This document shows positions 43,646-53,366 of a stretch of 64,000 bases of DNA, one piece after another; positions within the stretch are counted from its first letter, which is position 1; every line of letters begins with the position of its first letter. The position numbers were made by a program, and so were the translations under genes. The stretch is from Corallococcus coralloides DSM 2259 (GTDB lineage: Bacteria; Myxococcota; Myxococcia; Myxococcales; Myxococcaceae). The DNA lies in contig NC_017030.1 in the NCBI RefSeq assembly GCF_000255295.1, positions 6,166,328 through 6,230,327 of the forward strand, given 5' to 3'. The notes under the pieces are model-generated. The model was not told the DNA's origin. It did not search any database and saw nothing but the letters and a program-made list of their open reading frames with translations.

Positions 43646-44641
43646 TCAGCCGATGCGCTTCAGCTCCTGCGTCAGCAGCTCCTCCAGGTGCCGGATGTTC
43701 TTGTAGACAAGGCACCGGTAGCTGGACACGTCGAAGCGCAACTCGCGCACGTCGCGCACCAGCAGCAGGGTGGGCTTGCCGCGTCCCCAGGCATAGCCCA
43801 CCTCCAGATAGACATTGGGATTCGCCAGCGACAGGTCCGCGATGACGACCTTCGCGGTGTCGATGCGGTCCCGGATGCGCTGGATGATGGGACCGTCGAA
43901 GACGGCCTGGTCCACCCGCTCGCACAGGAGGCCGGCCGCCTTCACGGGGTTCAGGATGCCGTAGTGGTAGGTGTCCTCCAGCTCCTGCGCGAAGGGCATC
44001 GCCACGAACGCATGGGGCTTCTCGTTGGAGTTCGCGCCCGCGGAGGCCATGGGCGGCGCCTGGACGAAGCGGGACGTCCGACGCACGCGGAAGCCCGTGG
44101 CCCCCAGCAGCGGCTCCACGCCCGGCGTGAGCCCCAGCCCCAGCGCCAACGCCTTGCGCAGCCGCTCCACGCGCTTGGGGTTCAGCTCCACCACCGTGAT
44201 GCGCTCCAGGTCGCGGGGGCCACTGCCCCGCTGGAACGCGTCCACGAAGCCGCCCACCAGGGCCAGCACGGCCTCGTCCTCGTCCAGGCCGTAGTTGGGG
44301 CCGTGCACGGTGCACGCGAGGTGACGCACCTCGTGCCGGGGCTCCAGCAGTTGGAGCGCGCGCACGGAGAACTGGCGGATCTCGTGGTAGCCGAACTGCC
44401 TCAGCCGCACCGTGCCCAGGAAGAGCACCCAGGGGGCGCCCAGGCTCCGGCGCGACTCGATGAAGCGGTGGTCCCCGGGGAGCAGGTCGAAAGCGTCCAT
44501 GCCCACGCCCGCCCCCTCCAGCCGGCGCGCCACCGCGCCGTCCGCCCCATGGAAGCCCTGCGCGTACTTCAGCAGCACGGCGTCCGCGGCCGTCTCTCCC
44601 ACATCCCCCAGGTCCACCACGACGTCCAGCGTGTCTCCCAT
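43646..44641 (-). CDS. Two-domain protein: unknown N-terminal domain + nucleoside 2-deoxyribosyltransferase-like (SLOG-superfamily) C-terminal domain
   Basis: The C-terminus, FVAMPF...AKVVIADLSLANPNVYLEVGYAWGRGKPTLLL, matches the NDT signature Dxx(T/N)xxExGxAxAxGKP. I could not assign the N-terminal roughly 200 aa. Confidence 0.5.
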   Translation of the reverse strand: MGDTLDVVVDLGDVGETAADAVLLKYAQGFHGADGAVARRLEGAGVGMDAFDLLPGDHRFIESRRSLGAPWVLFLGTVRLRQFGYHEIRQFSVRALQLLEPRHEVRHLACTVHGPNYGLDEDEAVLALVGGFVDAFQRGSGPRDLERITVVELNPKRVERLRKALALGLGLTPGVEPLLGATGFRVRRTSRFVQAPPMASAGANSNEKPHAFVAMPFAQELEDTYHYGILNPVKAAGLLCERVDQAVFDGPIIQRIRDRIDTAKVVIADLSLANPNVYLEVGYAWGRGKPTLLLVRDVRELRFDVSSYRCLVYKNIRHLEELLTQELKRIG

Positions 44642-44853
44642 GGGCCCGGGACTGTAGGGCGTCCTGGTCCGCCCACGCCATCCCGGCGTCCGTCCCGCCG
44701 CGTCAGGTAGGATGAACACAGACGTGGCGTACGCCCGTCAATCCCTGCTCAAAGACGCCTCCTGGCTGCCTGGCTGTCTTTCAGGCCGCCTCCACGCCGC
44801 CTGTGAAGCGCTTCACAGTTTCTGCCCGGGCGGGTCGGTAGCATTTGCGCACC

Positions 44854-45747
44854 ATGTCCCTGTTCGCGCGCCTGCAGGCCCTGCTGTCCGCCCACCCGTC
44901 CGCCCCGGCCGCCGCCGGACAGACGCCCGCGACTCACGCCGCGCCCTCGGCGGCGGCCGGTGCCCCGGCGGAGGCGGAAGGTGCCTCCGAGCAGCAGCCT
45001 GTCTGCACACGCTACCTGCCCGCGGGACAGGTGGTGGTGCGCGAGGGCGACCCGGGAAACTCGATGTTCGTGGTGCTGGAGGGCCGCGTCGCGGTGCTAC
45101 GCGGCGGCGACCACGGCGGCAACACGGAGGTCGGCCGTCTGGGGGCCGGCGAGTTCTTCGGGGAGCTGGCGCTGCTCACCGGCACGCAGCGCACCGCCAC
45201 CATCGTGACGGTGGAGGACGCCGTGCTGCTGGAGCTCACCCAGGCCGGCGTCCGGGAGCTGGGCAAGGACTACGGCGTGAAGGGGGAGCAGATGCAGGTC
45301 GCCGCCCGGGAGCGCCTGCTCGCGGACGCGCTGCGCAGCAACCCGCTCATCGCCGCCCTGCCCCCGGAGGTGCAGCACGACCTGGGAGATGCCTTCGTCC
45401 CCTGCACCGTCCCCGCCGGGGAGACGCTGCTCACCCGGGGCCAGCCGGGTGACGCGCTCTACGTCCTCATCCGGGGCCAGTGCGAGGTCTTCCACACGCA
45501 CAGCGACGGCCGCCAGTCCGCCTATCCCAAGCTGGAGGAAGGCGCCCTGTTCGGGGAGATCTCCCTGCTGCGCAGCCGGCTGGCCACCGCCACCGTGCGC
45601 ACCGTGACGCCCTGCACGCTCCTCAAGCTGGAGCGCGACGTGTTCAAGAAGGCCTTCCTGGGCCAGCCCGACCTGCGCGGCGCCCTGGTGCGCCTGGGCC
45701 TGGAGCGGCTCAAGCACACCATCGAAGTCATGGGCGAAGCGAAGTAG
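44854..45747 (+). CDS. Tandem cyclic-nucleotide-binding (cNMP) domain protein
   Basis: There are two CAP-family domains. The matches are GDPGNSMFVVLEGRVAV...GAGEFFGELALLTGTQRTATI, and GQPGDALYVLIRGQCEV...EGALFGEISLLRSRLATATV. Confidence 0.8.
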   Translation: MSLFARLQALLSAHPSAPAAAGQTPATHAAPSAAAGAPAEAEGASEQQPVCTRYLPAGQVVVREGDPGNSMFVVLEGRVAVLRGGDHGGNTEVGRLGAGEFFGELALLTGTQRTATIVTVEDAVLLELTQAGVRELGKDYGVKGEQMQVAARERLLADALRSNPLIAALPPEVQHDLGDAFVPCTVPAGETLLTRGQPGDALYVLIRGQCEVFHTHSDGRQSAYPKLEEGALFGEISLLRSRLATATVRTVTPCTLLKLERDVFKKAFLGQPDLRGALVRLGLERLKHTIEVMGEAK

Positions 45748-45920
45748 TCCGCCGTCCAGCGCCATTCGTCATTCTTCCCTCCGCGAGCGTCTGTTTTCAC
45801 CCGGAGGAAACCTTGCCATCCCAGACATGCAACAGCGCGGTGAAGACAGTTGTCTGTCCAACACCGCACGACTGGTATTGAGAATGCAATCACGCCATCC
45901 CGGAGCAACCGGGAGGCGTC

Positions 45921-46505
45921 ATGCAAGGCAGGGCTGTGCGTTGGGGATTGAGAAGTCTGGGGTGGCTGTCCGCGTTGGTGCTGTGCACGCATTGCGGCGA
46001 AGCGGTGGAGCAGGAGCAGTCAGGACCGGAGCCCGCGGCGAGGCAAACACCGCTGCAGGCAGCATGTCCCTCCGAGACCCTCTACGAGACGTTCGGGAGC
46101 GCGCGGGAGGGTGACGCGTACATGGACGCCGCCCGGCCGACCACGAACTTCGGCGACGCGCCGTTGCTGCTGGTGGATGGGTCGCCACAGCAGGCGTCCT
46201 ACGTGAAGTTCTCCGTGACGAACGACGACGCGTCCTTCCCCATCGTCGGAGCGCGGCTGCGCCTGGGCGTCGTGGATGGCAGCACGGATGGCCCCGCCGT
46301 CTACCGCACCAGCACCGGCTGGAACGAGGACACGCTCACCTGGAACACGCGGCCCGCGCCCTTGGGGGACCCGCTCGGAGACCTGGGCTCCGTGGAGAGC
46401 AACAGCTGGGTGGAGTACGACGTGAGCGCGGCGGTGCGGAGCTCGGGTGAGTACGCCTTCGCGCTGCTCCCCACCGGCGGCAACGGCGTGGACTTCGACA
46501 CGTGA
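45921..46505 (+). CDS. Secreted DNRLRE-domain protein
   Basis: A signal peptide is present. The DNRLRE-like pattern is DAYMDAARPTTNFGDAPLLLVDGSPQQASYVKF...ARLRL...TWNTRP. Confidence 0.6.
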   Translation: MQGRAVRWGLRSLGWLSALVLCTHCGEAVEQEQSGPEPAARQTPLQAACPSETLYETFGSAREGDAYMDAARPTTNFGDAPLLLVDGSPQQASYVKFSVTNDDASFPIVGARLRLGVVDGSTDGPAVYRTSTGWNEDTLTWNTRPAPLGDPLGDLGSVESNSWVEYDVSAAVRSSGEYAFALLPTGGNGVDFDT

Positions 46506-46735
46506 CGCATTTCGTGTCGCGATACGCGTCGAACGGAGCGCACCTGTGGTCGCGAGGCATGGACCCGAAGCTCGGCCCCGTCATGGCGGTCAACAGCGCG
46601 GGCGAGACGCTGATCGTCAACCAGCTCTCCCGGGAGGGCACGGTGGAGGGAACGGTCCATACGTCCCAGGGGAACGGCGACCTGCTGCTGCTGAAGCTCG
46701 CGCCGTAGTCCTCGTCCCGGATGAAGCCCTGGGGT

Positions 46736-47152
46736 CTACCGCAATGCCTTCCGGGCACCGGTGGACCACAGGGCCCAGGCCATCAGCACGGGCTGGAAGA
46801 ACAGCCGGACCAGGCGCTTGCGGTCCGTATCCAGGCCGAACGCGGAGAGGCGCTTGTCGTACTGGTGCAGGTTGCCGGGGAAGACAGCCGCGAAGAAGGC
46901 CGCCAGTCCCAACCCCAGGGGAATCCGGTGGCGCTTGTCGAAGAGCAGGGACAGCCCGAGGCCGATTTCGACCACGCCGGAGAGCAGGACGACGAGGTCC
47001 TTGTCCATGGGAACCCAGTCAGGCACCTGAGCCTGGAAGGGCCCTCGCGCGAAGGAGAGATGGCCCGTGCCGGCGCCGACCATGAACGAGCCCAACACCC
47101 CGCGCCCCACGTTCTGCAAAGGCGTTGTCCTGGCTTCTTGAAGCATGGCCAC
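46736..47152 (-). CDS. DoxX-like small integral membrane protein
   Basis: There are four predicted TM helices, and the motif LSGVVEIGLGLSLLF...LGLGLAAFFAAVFPGNL is DoxX/MauE-like. Confidence 0.5.
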   Translation of the reverse strand: MAMLQEARTTPLQNVGRGVLGSFMVGAGTGHLSFARGPFQAQVPDWVPMDKDLVVLLSGVVEIGLGLSLLFDKRHRIPLGLGLAAFFAAVFPGNLHQYDKRLSAFGLDTDRKRLVRLFFQPVLMAWALWSTGARKALR

Positions 47153-47261
47153 CTCCGCTCCCGTTCAATTCCAATCGTTGAAAGGTGAGGTGGCGGAGTG
47201 GAGGGTGCAAGATAGGACTGAGCCCGCCTTCACGCCAAGGGGACGGGCGAGTGGACACGCG

Positions 47262-47735
47262 TCATCGCCGCCGCGCGGCGTCCTCCAGGTACGCGCGAAC
47301 CACGGGCATGAGCGGCAAGCGCAGCGCGGTCTCCACGTCGATCCACCGGGCCCACACCACCTCGCGCTGGTCGAGCACGAGCCGAGGCTCTGAATCGAGC
47401 TCCAGTTCCACGAAGTGACACAGGTCCCGCTTGAACTCATCCGTGTGGCGCAGTTCGCACACGACGCTCAGCCTTGATGCCGGCACGTCCAGGCCCACCT
47501 CCTCGCGCAGCTCCCGCGCGCCTGTCTCTGCCGGAGACTCGCCTCGGTGCCGGCCTCCGCCCGGCAATGAGAAGGCCTGCTTGTACGAGTTCTGCAGCAG
47601 CAGCACCTCCCGCCCCCGCCACACCCCCACGAGCGTGCCCTCCGTGTGCGGACGGCGCACGAACCACCACGCGAGCGCCAGGTGATAGGCGCCACGGTAG
47701 GCCACGCGCATGAAGGGATCGATCGGGGTGCTCAT
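47262..47735 (-). CDS. NUDIX hydrolase
   Basis: The Nudix box is GGGRHRGESPAETGARELREEVGL, which fits Gx5Ex7REUxEExGU. The start was chosen at MSTPIDPF. Confidence 0.8.
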   Translation of the reverse strand: MSTPIDPFMRVAYRGAYHLALAWWFVRRPHTEGTLVGVWRGREVLLLQNSYKQAFSLPGGGRHRGESPAETGARELREEVGLDVPASRLSVVCELRHTDEFKRDLCHFVELELDSEPRLVLDQREVVWARWIDVETALRLPLMPVVRAYLEDAARRR

Positions 47736-47804
47736 GCCCCAGATGGTACCCGGCCAGGGCCTCCACACGGCATGACCCGGCGAACCCGTGTTAGCGTGAA
47801 AGCC

Positions 47805-48473
47805 ATGGGAAACGTCGGCCCAGTCGGCAACCGGAGTGTCGCGCTCCCTGTGTCCAACCCGGTGACGGAGGCCCGTCCAGCCGCGCGAGTCGCATCCACG
47901 GCTCCGGCCGAGCCCACACGGACGCCGCAGCAGGTGGCGCTGCAGCAGGATGGCTTCGAGGGACCGCGTGCACCGGCCCCGGTGAACCTGACGGGCGCGG
48001 GCGGTCCGGCGCAGCTGGGACAGCGCGAGCGGGCGCTGGAGGTGGTGCGGCAGTCCCCTCCGGGTTCGGTGGGCGCGGCCATCCGTCCGCTGCTGTCCGG
48101 CGCGATGCAGGCGATGGGCGCGGTGGGCTACGCGGCAGGTGCCGCCCCAGGCGCGGCGGCCCTGGCCGTGGAGGGCATGGGCACATCTCCGATGGCGCCC
48201 AACCTGCTCCAGCGGATGCAGGAACAGGCACGCTTGGGACAGGCCGCGGGGCGCGAGGCGGCGGCGGGCCAGGTGGGTGACTTCTACGAGGCGAACCGCG
48301 AGCTGCTCCACCGGCCCGCGACGCCCTCCAACATCTGGGAGTTCGCGATGCGCGAGACCGCGTTCTTCCGGCAGCAGCCGCTGGGGGTGAGCATGGCGGC
48401 GTCGATGATGAGCGGCGAGACCCGTGCGCACCTCATCACGGGCAGCGCGCTCCTGCAGCGCATCCTGCCGTAG
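47805..48473 (+). CDS. Hypothetical Ala/Gly-rich protein
   Basis: It is an ORF divergent from the NUDIX gene. There is no recognised domain. Confidence 0.35.
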   Translation: MGNVGPVGNRSVALPVSNPVTEARPAARVASTAPAEPTRTPQQVALQQDGFEGPRAPAPVNLTGAGGPAQLGQRERALEVVRQSPPGSVGAAIRPLLSGAMQAMGAVGYAAGAAPGAAALAVEGMGTSPMAPNLLQRMQEQARLGQAAGREAAAGQVGDFYEANRELLHRPATPSNIWEFAMRETAFFRQQPLGVSMAASMMSGETRAHLITGSALLQRILP

Positions 48474-48491
48474 CAGGCCGTCGCGACATGC

Positions 48492-49079
48492 TCAGCCGTG
48501 GATCAGCTCCCCGGCCTCCAGCATCGCGACGAACTTCTCCAACCGCCGCACGCGCGTCTCCGGCTTCTTCGCGTCGTGGAGCCGGAAGAGGATGGCGTAG
48601 CGGTTGGCCCCCTTGAGCGCGGCGAAGGCCTCCTTCGCCTTCGGGTTCTTCTCCAGCGCGAGCTTCAGGTCCTCCGGCACCTCCATGGTCCGCTGCCCCG
48701 CGTACGCCGCCTCCCAGCGGCCATCCGCGCGGGCGGACTCCACCTCGCGCAGGCCCGCGGGCTTCATGCGTCCGGAGGCGACCAGGGCCTCCACCTTGCC
48801 GCAGTTGATCTTCGACCACTTGCTGCGCGGCTTGCGCGGCGTGAAACGCTGGAGCCAGTACTCCGAGTCGAACGCGCCCTTCTGCCCGTCAATCCAGCCG
48901 TAGCAGAGCGCCACCTCCAGCGCCTGCGCATACGTCACGGACGGGATGCCAGACTCGAACTTGGCGAGCTTCACCCAGACGCCCGGCGAGTCGACGTGGT
49001 TCTTCTCCAGCCACTTCTCCCACGCCTTCTCCGACGCGAAGGGCACGACGGGGAGCTCCTGCTTCGCCTTCGCCTTCAT
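48492..49079 (-). CDS. YdeI/OmpD-associated family protein
   Basis: The family's C-terminal signature is AGELIHG. Start at MKAKAKQ. Confidence 0.6.
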   Translation of the reverse strand: MKAKAKQELPVVPFASEKAWEKWLEKNHVDSPGVWVKLAKFESGIPSVTYAQALEVALCYGWIDGQKGAFDSEYWLQRFTPRKPRSKWSKINCGKVEALVASGRMKPAGLREVESARADGRWEAAYAGQRTMEVPEDLKLALEKNPKAKEAFAALKGANRYAILFRLHDAKKPETRVRRLEKFVAMLEAGELIHG

Positions 49080-49170
49080 GCGGTGCAACGCCTTTCCCTG
49101 CCCCGCGCCTCGCGCCGGGTTCATGACACTCCCACTCTACTGGTGGAAGGCAGCCCGGGCGGAAGCGGTT

Positions 49171-49929
49171 ATGAAACAGACCATGGCCGACACCACCGAC
49201 ACCCGTCCGCCGAACGCCGTGCCGCCCTCGCTCGCCCGGGTGGCCTTCTACGCCGTGGCGGCCGGGCTCACCCCGCTCATCCCCGTCCCCTTCCTGGACG
49301 ACTACGCCCTGCGGCAGGTGCGCGAGCAGTCGGTGCGCGACCAGCTCAAGGCGAAGGGCCTGAAGGCGCCGGACAAGGCGGTGGCGGTGCTCGCCGGCTC
49401 ACACCACGCGCGCGGCCTGGGCGGACACCTGGTGTCCTATCTCAAGGCCCTGGCGCTCTTCCCTGTGCGCAAGGTCTTCCGCAAGGCCTTCTTCGTCCTC
49501 TGGGTGAAGGACTGCGTGGACCTGACGAGCGTGTGCCTGCACCACGGCTACCTGCTGCACCACGCGGTGGAGCGCGGCGACCTGGACGCGGCCTCGCTCC
49601 ACACAGATGCGGCCAGCGAGGTGCAGGCCGCCATCATCGCCGCCTGCGCGGAGATGGACGCCCGGCCCGTCAACCAGGCGCTGCGCCGCCTCTTCCGGAG
49701 CAGCCGGCTGCTGCTGGCCGAGGCCACGCGCATCTTCCTGGATCCGAAGCACGGCCCCCGCGTGCCCGACCCGAAGACCGAGAACGCGGAGGTGAGGTCG
49801 CTCACCGACCGGCTCCTCCAGGAGATGTGGGAGGAGCGCGGCTACTTCACCGCGCTGGAGGCCCACTACGACAAGCACCTGAAGCGCGGCGACACGCCCT
49901 CGGAGCCCCTGGCCGCGACAGGCACCTGA
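49171..49929 (+). CDS. Hypothetical protein
   Basis: The ORF is about 250 aa and starts at MKQTMADT. I did not recognise a domain. Confidence 0.4.
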   Translation: MKQTMADTTDTRPPNAVPPSLARVAFYAVAAGLTPLIPVPFLDDYALRQVREQSVRDQLKAKGLKAPDKAVAVLAGSHHARGLGGHLVSYLKALALFPVRKVFRKAFFVLWVKDCVDLTSVCLHHGYLLHHAVERGDLDAASLHTDAASEVQAAIIAACAEMDARPVNQALRRLFRSSRLLLAEATRIFLDPKHGPRVPDPKTENAEVRSLTDRLLQEMWEERGYFTALEAHYDKHLKRGDTPSEPLAATGT

Positions 49930-49938
49930 GGCCAGGCG

Positions 49939-50946
49939 CTACGGCACGGGCGCGGCGGCGGTCTCCAGCGGCGCGCGGATGCGGGCGGAGAAGTCGTCCC
50001 GCCCCTGCGCGGCCAGCGCTCGCGCGTTGATGTGGTAGCGCTGGCGGACCTGCTCCAGCGGCACGTCCGTGTCGATGATGCCCAGCTCGTACGCGAGCGC
50101 ATCCGAGAACGCCGGCATCAGCGTGCGGTGGTCATACGGCACGTTCTTCGTGGCCACCTTCTCGAAGTGGCGCACCAGGTTGGTGGTGCAGTTGCTGGTG
50201 AGCGTGTCGTAGAACTCCGGCTGCGTGTGCAGCCCGTTCATCCGCTGCACCATGTCCATGAAGAACGCGGTGATGCGCTCCTTCGACGCGTTCACCGGAT
50301 ACACATACACGTCGTCATGGCGGAAGTTGGAGCGCAGCTGCACCAGGTCCCGCTCGTCGCCCACGACGTAGGTGATTTCAAAGCGGCGGAACAGGCCCCC
50401 CAGCGCGGAGAAGGTCTCGCCCTGCTCGCGCCGCACCTCCACGGAGAACACCACGTGGCGGCCGTCCTGGAAGCCGAAGCTCACCATCGTGTGCGCGGCG
50501 CCATAGAAGCCGGAGAACGGCTCCACGATGAACGACGCGTCCGTGAGCGCGTCCGTGTCGTAGGTGGCCGTGTACCAGGCGGGGTCCCAGTCCGTGGTGC
50601 TGCGGTAGCGGAAGTCGCGCACGTCGTGCAGCGTCACCTTCGTCCCCGCCACCTCCGCCCACGGCGCCCTCGCCAGGTCCGGCGCCCAGTCCCGCGTGTT
50701 GGAGGGCTGGAACGTCCGCACCCATCCGTAGACGGACAGGCAGCCCAGCAGCATCACCGCCACGCCCCAGCGCCGTGAACGCCACCACCAGGCCGCCACC
50801 GCCAGGGCCACCAGGGCCACCGCCACGAGGCTCCGGGCCACGTGCGACCCCTCCGGCCCCGCCCCCGTCAGGGCCAGGGCCAGCGAGGCCCAGACGCCCC
50901 CCACAAGGAGCACGAGCCCCGACACGGCGTTCTTCCAGATGCGCAT
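49939..50946 (-). CDS. Membrane-anchored DUF4105-like protein
   Basis: Two N-terminal TM helices are followed by a domain with WYTATYDT...[21 protein letters not shown], which resembles the DUF4105 (Lnb-like) family. The assignment is tentative. Confidence 0.45.
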   Translation of the reverse strand: MRIWKNAVSGLVLLVGGVWASLALALTGAGPEGSHVARSLVAVALVALAVAAWWWRSRRWGVAVMLLGCLSVYGWVRTFQPSNTRDWAPDLARAPWAEVAGTKVTLHDVRDFRYRSTTDWDPAWYTATYDTDALTDASFIVEPFSGFYGAAHTMVSFGFQDGRHVVFSVEVRREQGETFSALGGLFRRFEITYVVGDERDLVQLRSNFRHDDVYVYPVNASKERITAFFMDMVQRMNGLHTQPEFYDTLTSNCTTNLVRHFEKVATKNVPYDHRTLMPAFSDALAYELGIIDTDVPLEQVRQRYHINARALAAQGRDDFSARIRAPLETAAAPVP

Positions 50947-51134
50947 GCGGCCGAGTATCCGCGCCCCACGCCGCTCATGTCACGGACGCGGCTTCCGGGT
51001 GCAGCCCCGGCGGGCGGCCGGGCGCGGATCCGCCCTCCCAGGAAGGACCCGGATTTGTCGCAACCGCCTACCTTGACCGCTTTTCCCCGGGTGTGCGACG
51101 AAAGGGGGTCCCCAGCTTCCAGGAGTCACACCCC

Positions 51135-51362
51135 ATGAGCGACGAGCGCGAAGACACGACCGTTTACAAGGTCGTCGTCAATCACGAAGAGCAGTACTCC
51201 ATCTGGCCCGCGGACCGTGAGAACGCGCTGGGCTGGAAGGACGCCGGCAAGCAGGGCCTGAAGGCCGAGTGCCTGGAGTACATCAAGGAGGTCTGGACGG
51301 ACATGCGTCCCCTGAGCCTCCGCAAGAAGATGGAAGAGGACGCGGCCCGCAACAAGAACTGA
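51135..51362 (+). CDS. MbtH-like protein
   Basis: It is 75 aa and matches [50 protein letters not shown]. The MbtH signature is three invariant Trp plus SxWP. Confidence 0.8.
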   Translation: MSDEREDTTVYKVVVNHEEQYSIWPADRENALGWKDAGKQGLKAECLEYIKEVWTDMRPLSLRKKMEEDAARNKN

Positions 51363-51423
51363 AGGCCGCGTGCGCTTCCCACCGCGCCCTCCCCGCTTCA
51401 ACGGGGAGGGTGGGCCGGCCCCG

Positions 51424-52110
51424 CTAGAGGTCCGGCGGAGGCCTGACGCCCAGGTGGCAGGCGCGCAGGGCGAGCTGGGTGCGGTTCTCCGCGCCCAGCT
51501 TGCGGTAGAGCTGCGTGACGTGTGACTTCACCGTGCGCTCGGCGATTTGCAGGTGCGCGGCGATCTTCAGGTTGTCCGCTCCGCCCGCCACGTACTGCAG
51601 CACCTCGCGCTCGCGCTGCGTGAGCAGCAACAAGACGCTCGCCGTGGGTGACGTCACCGGCGGATGCTCGAAGTCGTTGCGCAACAGTTGCACCGGGAAG
51701 AGGCGCTCGCCCCGCACCAGCGACTGCACCGCGGAGGACACCGCGTTCACGCCCAACCCCGCGCGGAAGAGATACCCCGAAGCCCCTTCGTCGAAGCATT
51801 GGGAGATGACCTCCGGCGTGCTCACCGCGGACAGCAGCAGCATGCGCACCTCCAGCCGGCGCTTGCGGGCCTCACGCAGCAGGTTGAGCCCCTCTGTCAC
51901 GGAGCATCCGATGGCGGCTTCGCCGTCGCTCTCCACGTCCAGGATGGCCACCTGCGGTGGATCCGTACCGAGCCCGTCCAGGAAGCCGCGCACGTCGCGC
52001 GTCACCGAAGTGGAATGACCCTCACCCCGAAGCCCGTCGGACAAGCCCTGCCAGGCCGCCCACGGTCCTTCGAGAATCGAAATACGAACTGCCGATTGAT
52101 TCGCTGCCAT
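51424..52110 (-). CDS. LuxR/FixJ-family regulator (receiver-like N-domain + LuxR HTH)
   Basis: The C-terminal HTH is LTQREREVLQYVAGGADNLKIAAHLQIAERTVKSHVTQLYRKLG. A receiver-like N-domain is present, ILDVESDGE. The start was chosen at MAANQS. Confidence 0.7.
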   Translation of the reverse strand: MAANQSAVRISILEGPWAAWQGLSDGLRGEGHSTSVTRDVRGFLDGLGTDPPQVAILDVESDGEAAIGCSVTEGLNLLREARKRRLEVRMLLLSAVSTPEVISQCFDEGASGYLFRAGLGVNAVSSAVQSLVRGERLFPVQLLRNDFEHPPVTSPTASVLLLLTQREREVLQYVAGGADNLKIAAHLQIAERTVKSHVTQLYRKLGAENRTQLALRACHLGVRPPPDL

Positions 52111-52594
52111 GCGATGGCCCCCCAGCCGTCGTGGCGAATTGCTTTCAATGCTACCTGTCGACTTCAACCTGCCCCGGAGTCGGTGGAACCGCGGCGGAAC
52201 TTCCGCCTGTGCTGAGCGTGCGAGAACCGCGCTTCAACTCCATCCGGGGGTCCTGTCACTGCTGCCCTGCGAACTGCGCCTGCGACTGCCGAACTGGCCC
52301 GCCCGGGCCGAACCTCCTTTTTCGTTTCAAGCAAATCCAGCCAACCGAGACCCTAACATCATCCAAGGCCTCTTGCGAACGGCCCCGCGCAGGACTGTCA
52401 ATTGCGCATGGAACGCATGGAAATCCAGGGCCTCGTCCGTCAGGTCGTGATCGCTGTCGCCCCTGGGACATACGATCCGCGTCCAGATTCGGATGTTTTA
52501 CCCGGTGTTTCGTCCAATGCCCGAGGCGGGCGCCCGCATGCATGCGGATGGCGCGTCCTGGATGGCAAAGGCGTATGCTGTGCGTCCCGCGCGC

Positions 52595-53365
52595 ATGAGT
52601 CCCTCCGCCCCCGCACCCCATGTCGACGTCGCCACGCCCGAGCGGGTGGCCCTGTCCCTGCCCGTGGCCGGCATCGGCTACCGCTGTCTTGCGTGGCTGG
52701 TGGACGCGAGCCTGCTGTTCTTCTTCTGGGTGGCGCTCTACTTCGTCATCACCCTGCTCGTCTCCGACGTGCTGGGGGCATTCCAGGCGCTGTCGGGGCT
52801 CACGCAGACACTGCTCGCGGTGGGCCTCTTCGCCACGCAATGGCTGTACTGGACGGTGGCGGAGGTCTTCTTCCATGGACAGACACCCGGCAAGCGCGCG
52901 CTGCGCATCCGGGTGGTGCGCGAGGATGGCTCACCGGTGGGCTTCTTCGAGAGCGCGGTGAGAAACCTGTGTCGCGCGGTGGACTTCCTGCCGGTGCTCT
53001 ACGCCACCGGTTGCATCACCATGCTGCTGGACTCACGCCACCGCCGGTTGGGCGACATGCTCGCGGGCACCGTGCTGGTGCGTGAGGAGGCCATCGACCT
53101 GGACAAGTACACGCAGGCGCCCCCGGTGGACGCGCCGGCCACGGACGCGAGCGTGCAGCGGCCCCTGACCGCGGAGGACGTGGAGCTGGTGCTGGCGTTC
53201 CTCGCGCGCGCGCCCGGCCTGGAGCCGGAGGTGCGGCGGCGGCTGGGCATGCGGCTGGTGGACCGCGTGGGCGCGTCCCTGACGGACGACGAGCGCACGC
53301 GGGTGCTCCAGTCGCCGGAGGCCATGGAGGCCTTCCTGCGCACGCGCGCGAAGGCGGTCCACTGA
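52595..53365 (+). CDS. RDD-family membrane protein
   Basis: It has the RDD pattern, RCLAWLVDASLLFF...GQTPGKRALRIRVVREDG...RRLGDMLAGTVLV. Confidence 0.6.
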   Translation: MSPSAPAPHVDVATPERVALSLPVAGIGYRCLAWLVDASLLFFFWVALYFVITLLVSDVLGAFQALSGLTQTLLAVGLFATQWLYWTVAEVFFHGQTPGKRALRIRVVREDGSPVGFFESAVRNLCRAVDFLPVLYATGCITMLLDSRHRRLGDMLAGTVLVREEAIDLDKYTQAPPVDAPATDASVQRPLTAEDVELVLAFLARAPGLEPEVRRRLGMRLVDRVGASLTDDERTRVLQSPEAMEAFLRTRAKAVH

Positions 53366-53366
53366 C

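Noticed and set aside
46502-46708. 68-aa ORF overlapping the DNRLRE gene stop by ATGA
   Set aside because: It has no signal, domain or ribosome-binding site, and it is short in a GC-rich context. It could be real, but I cannot support it from sequence alone.
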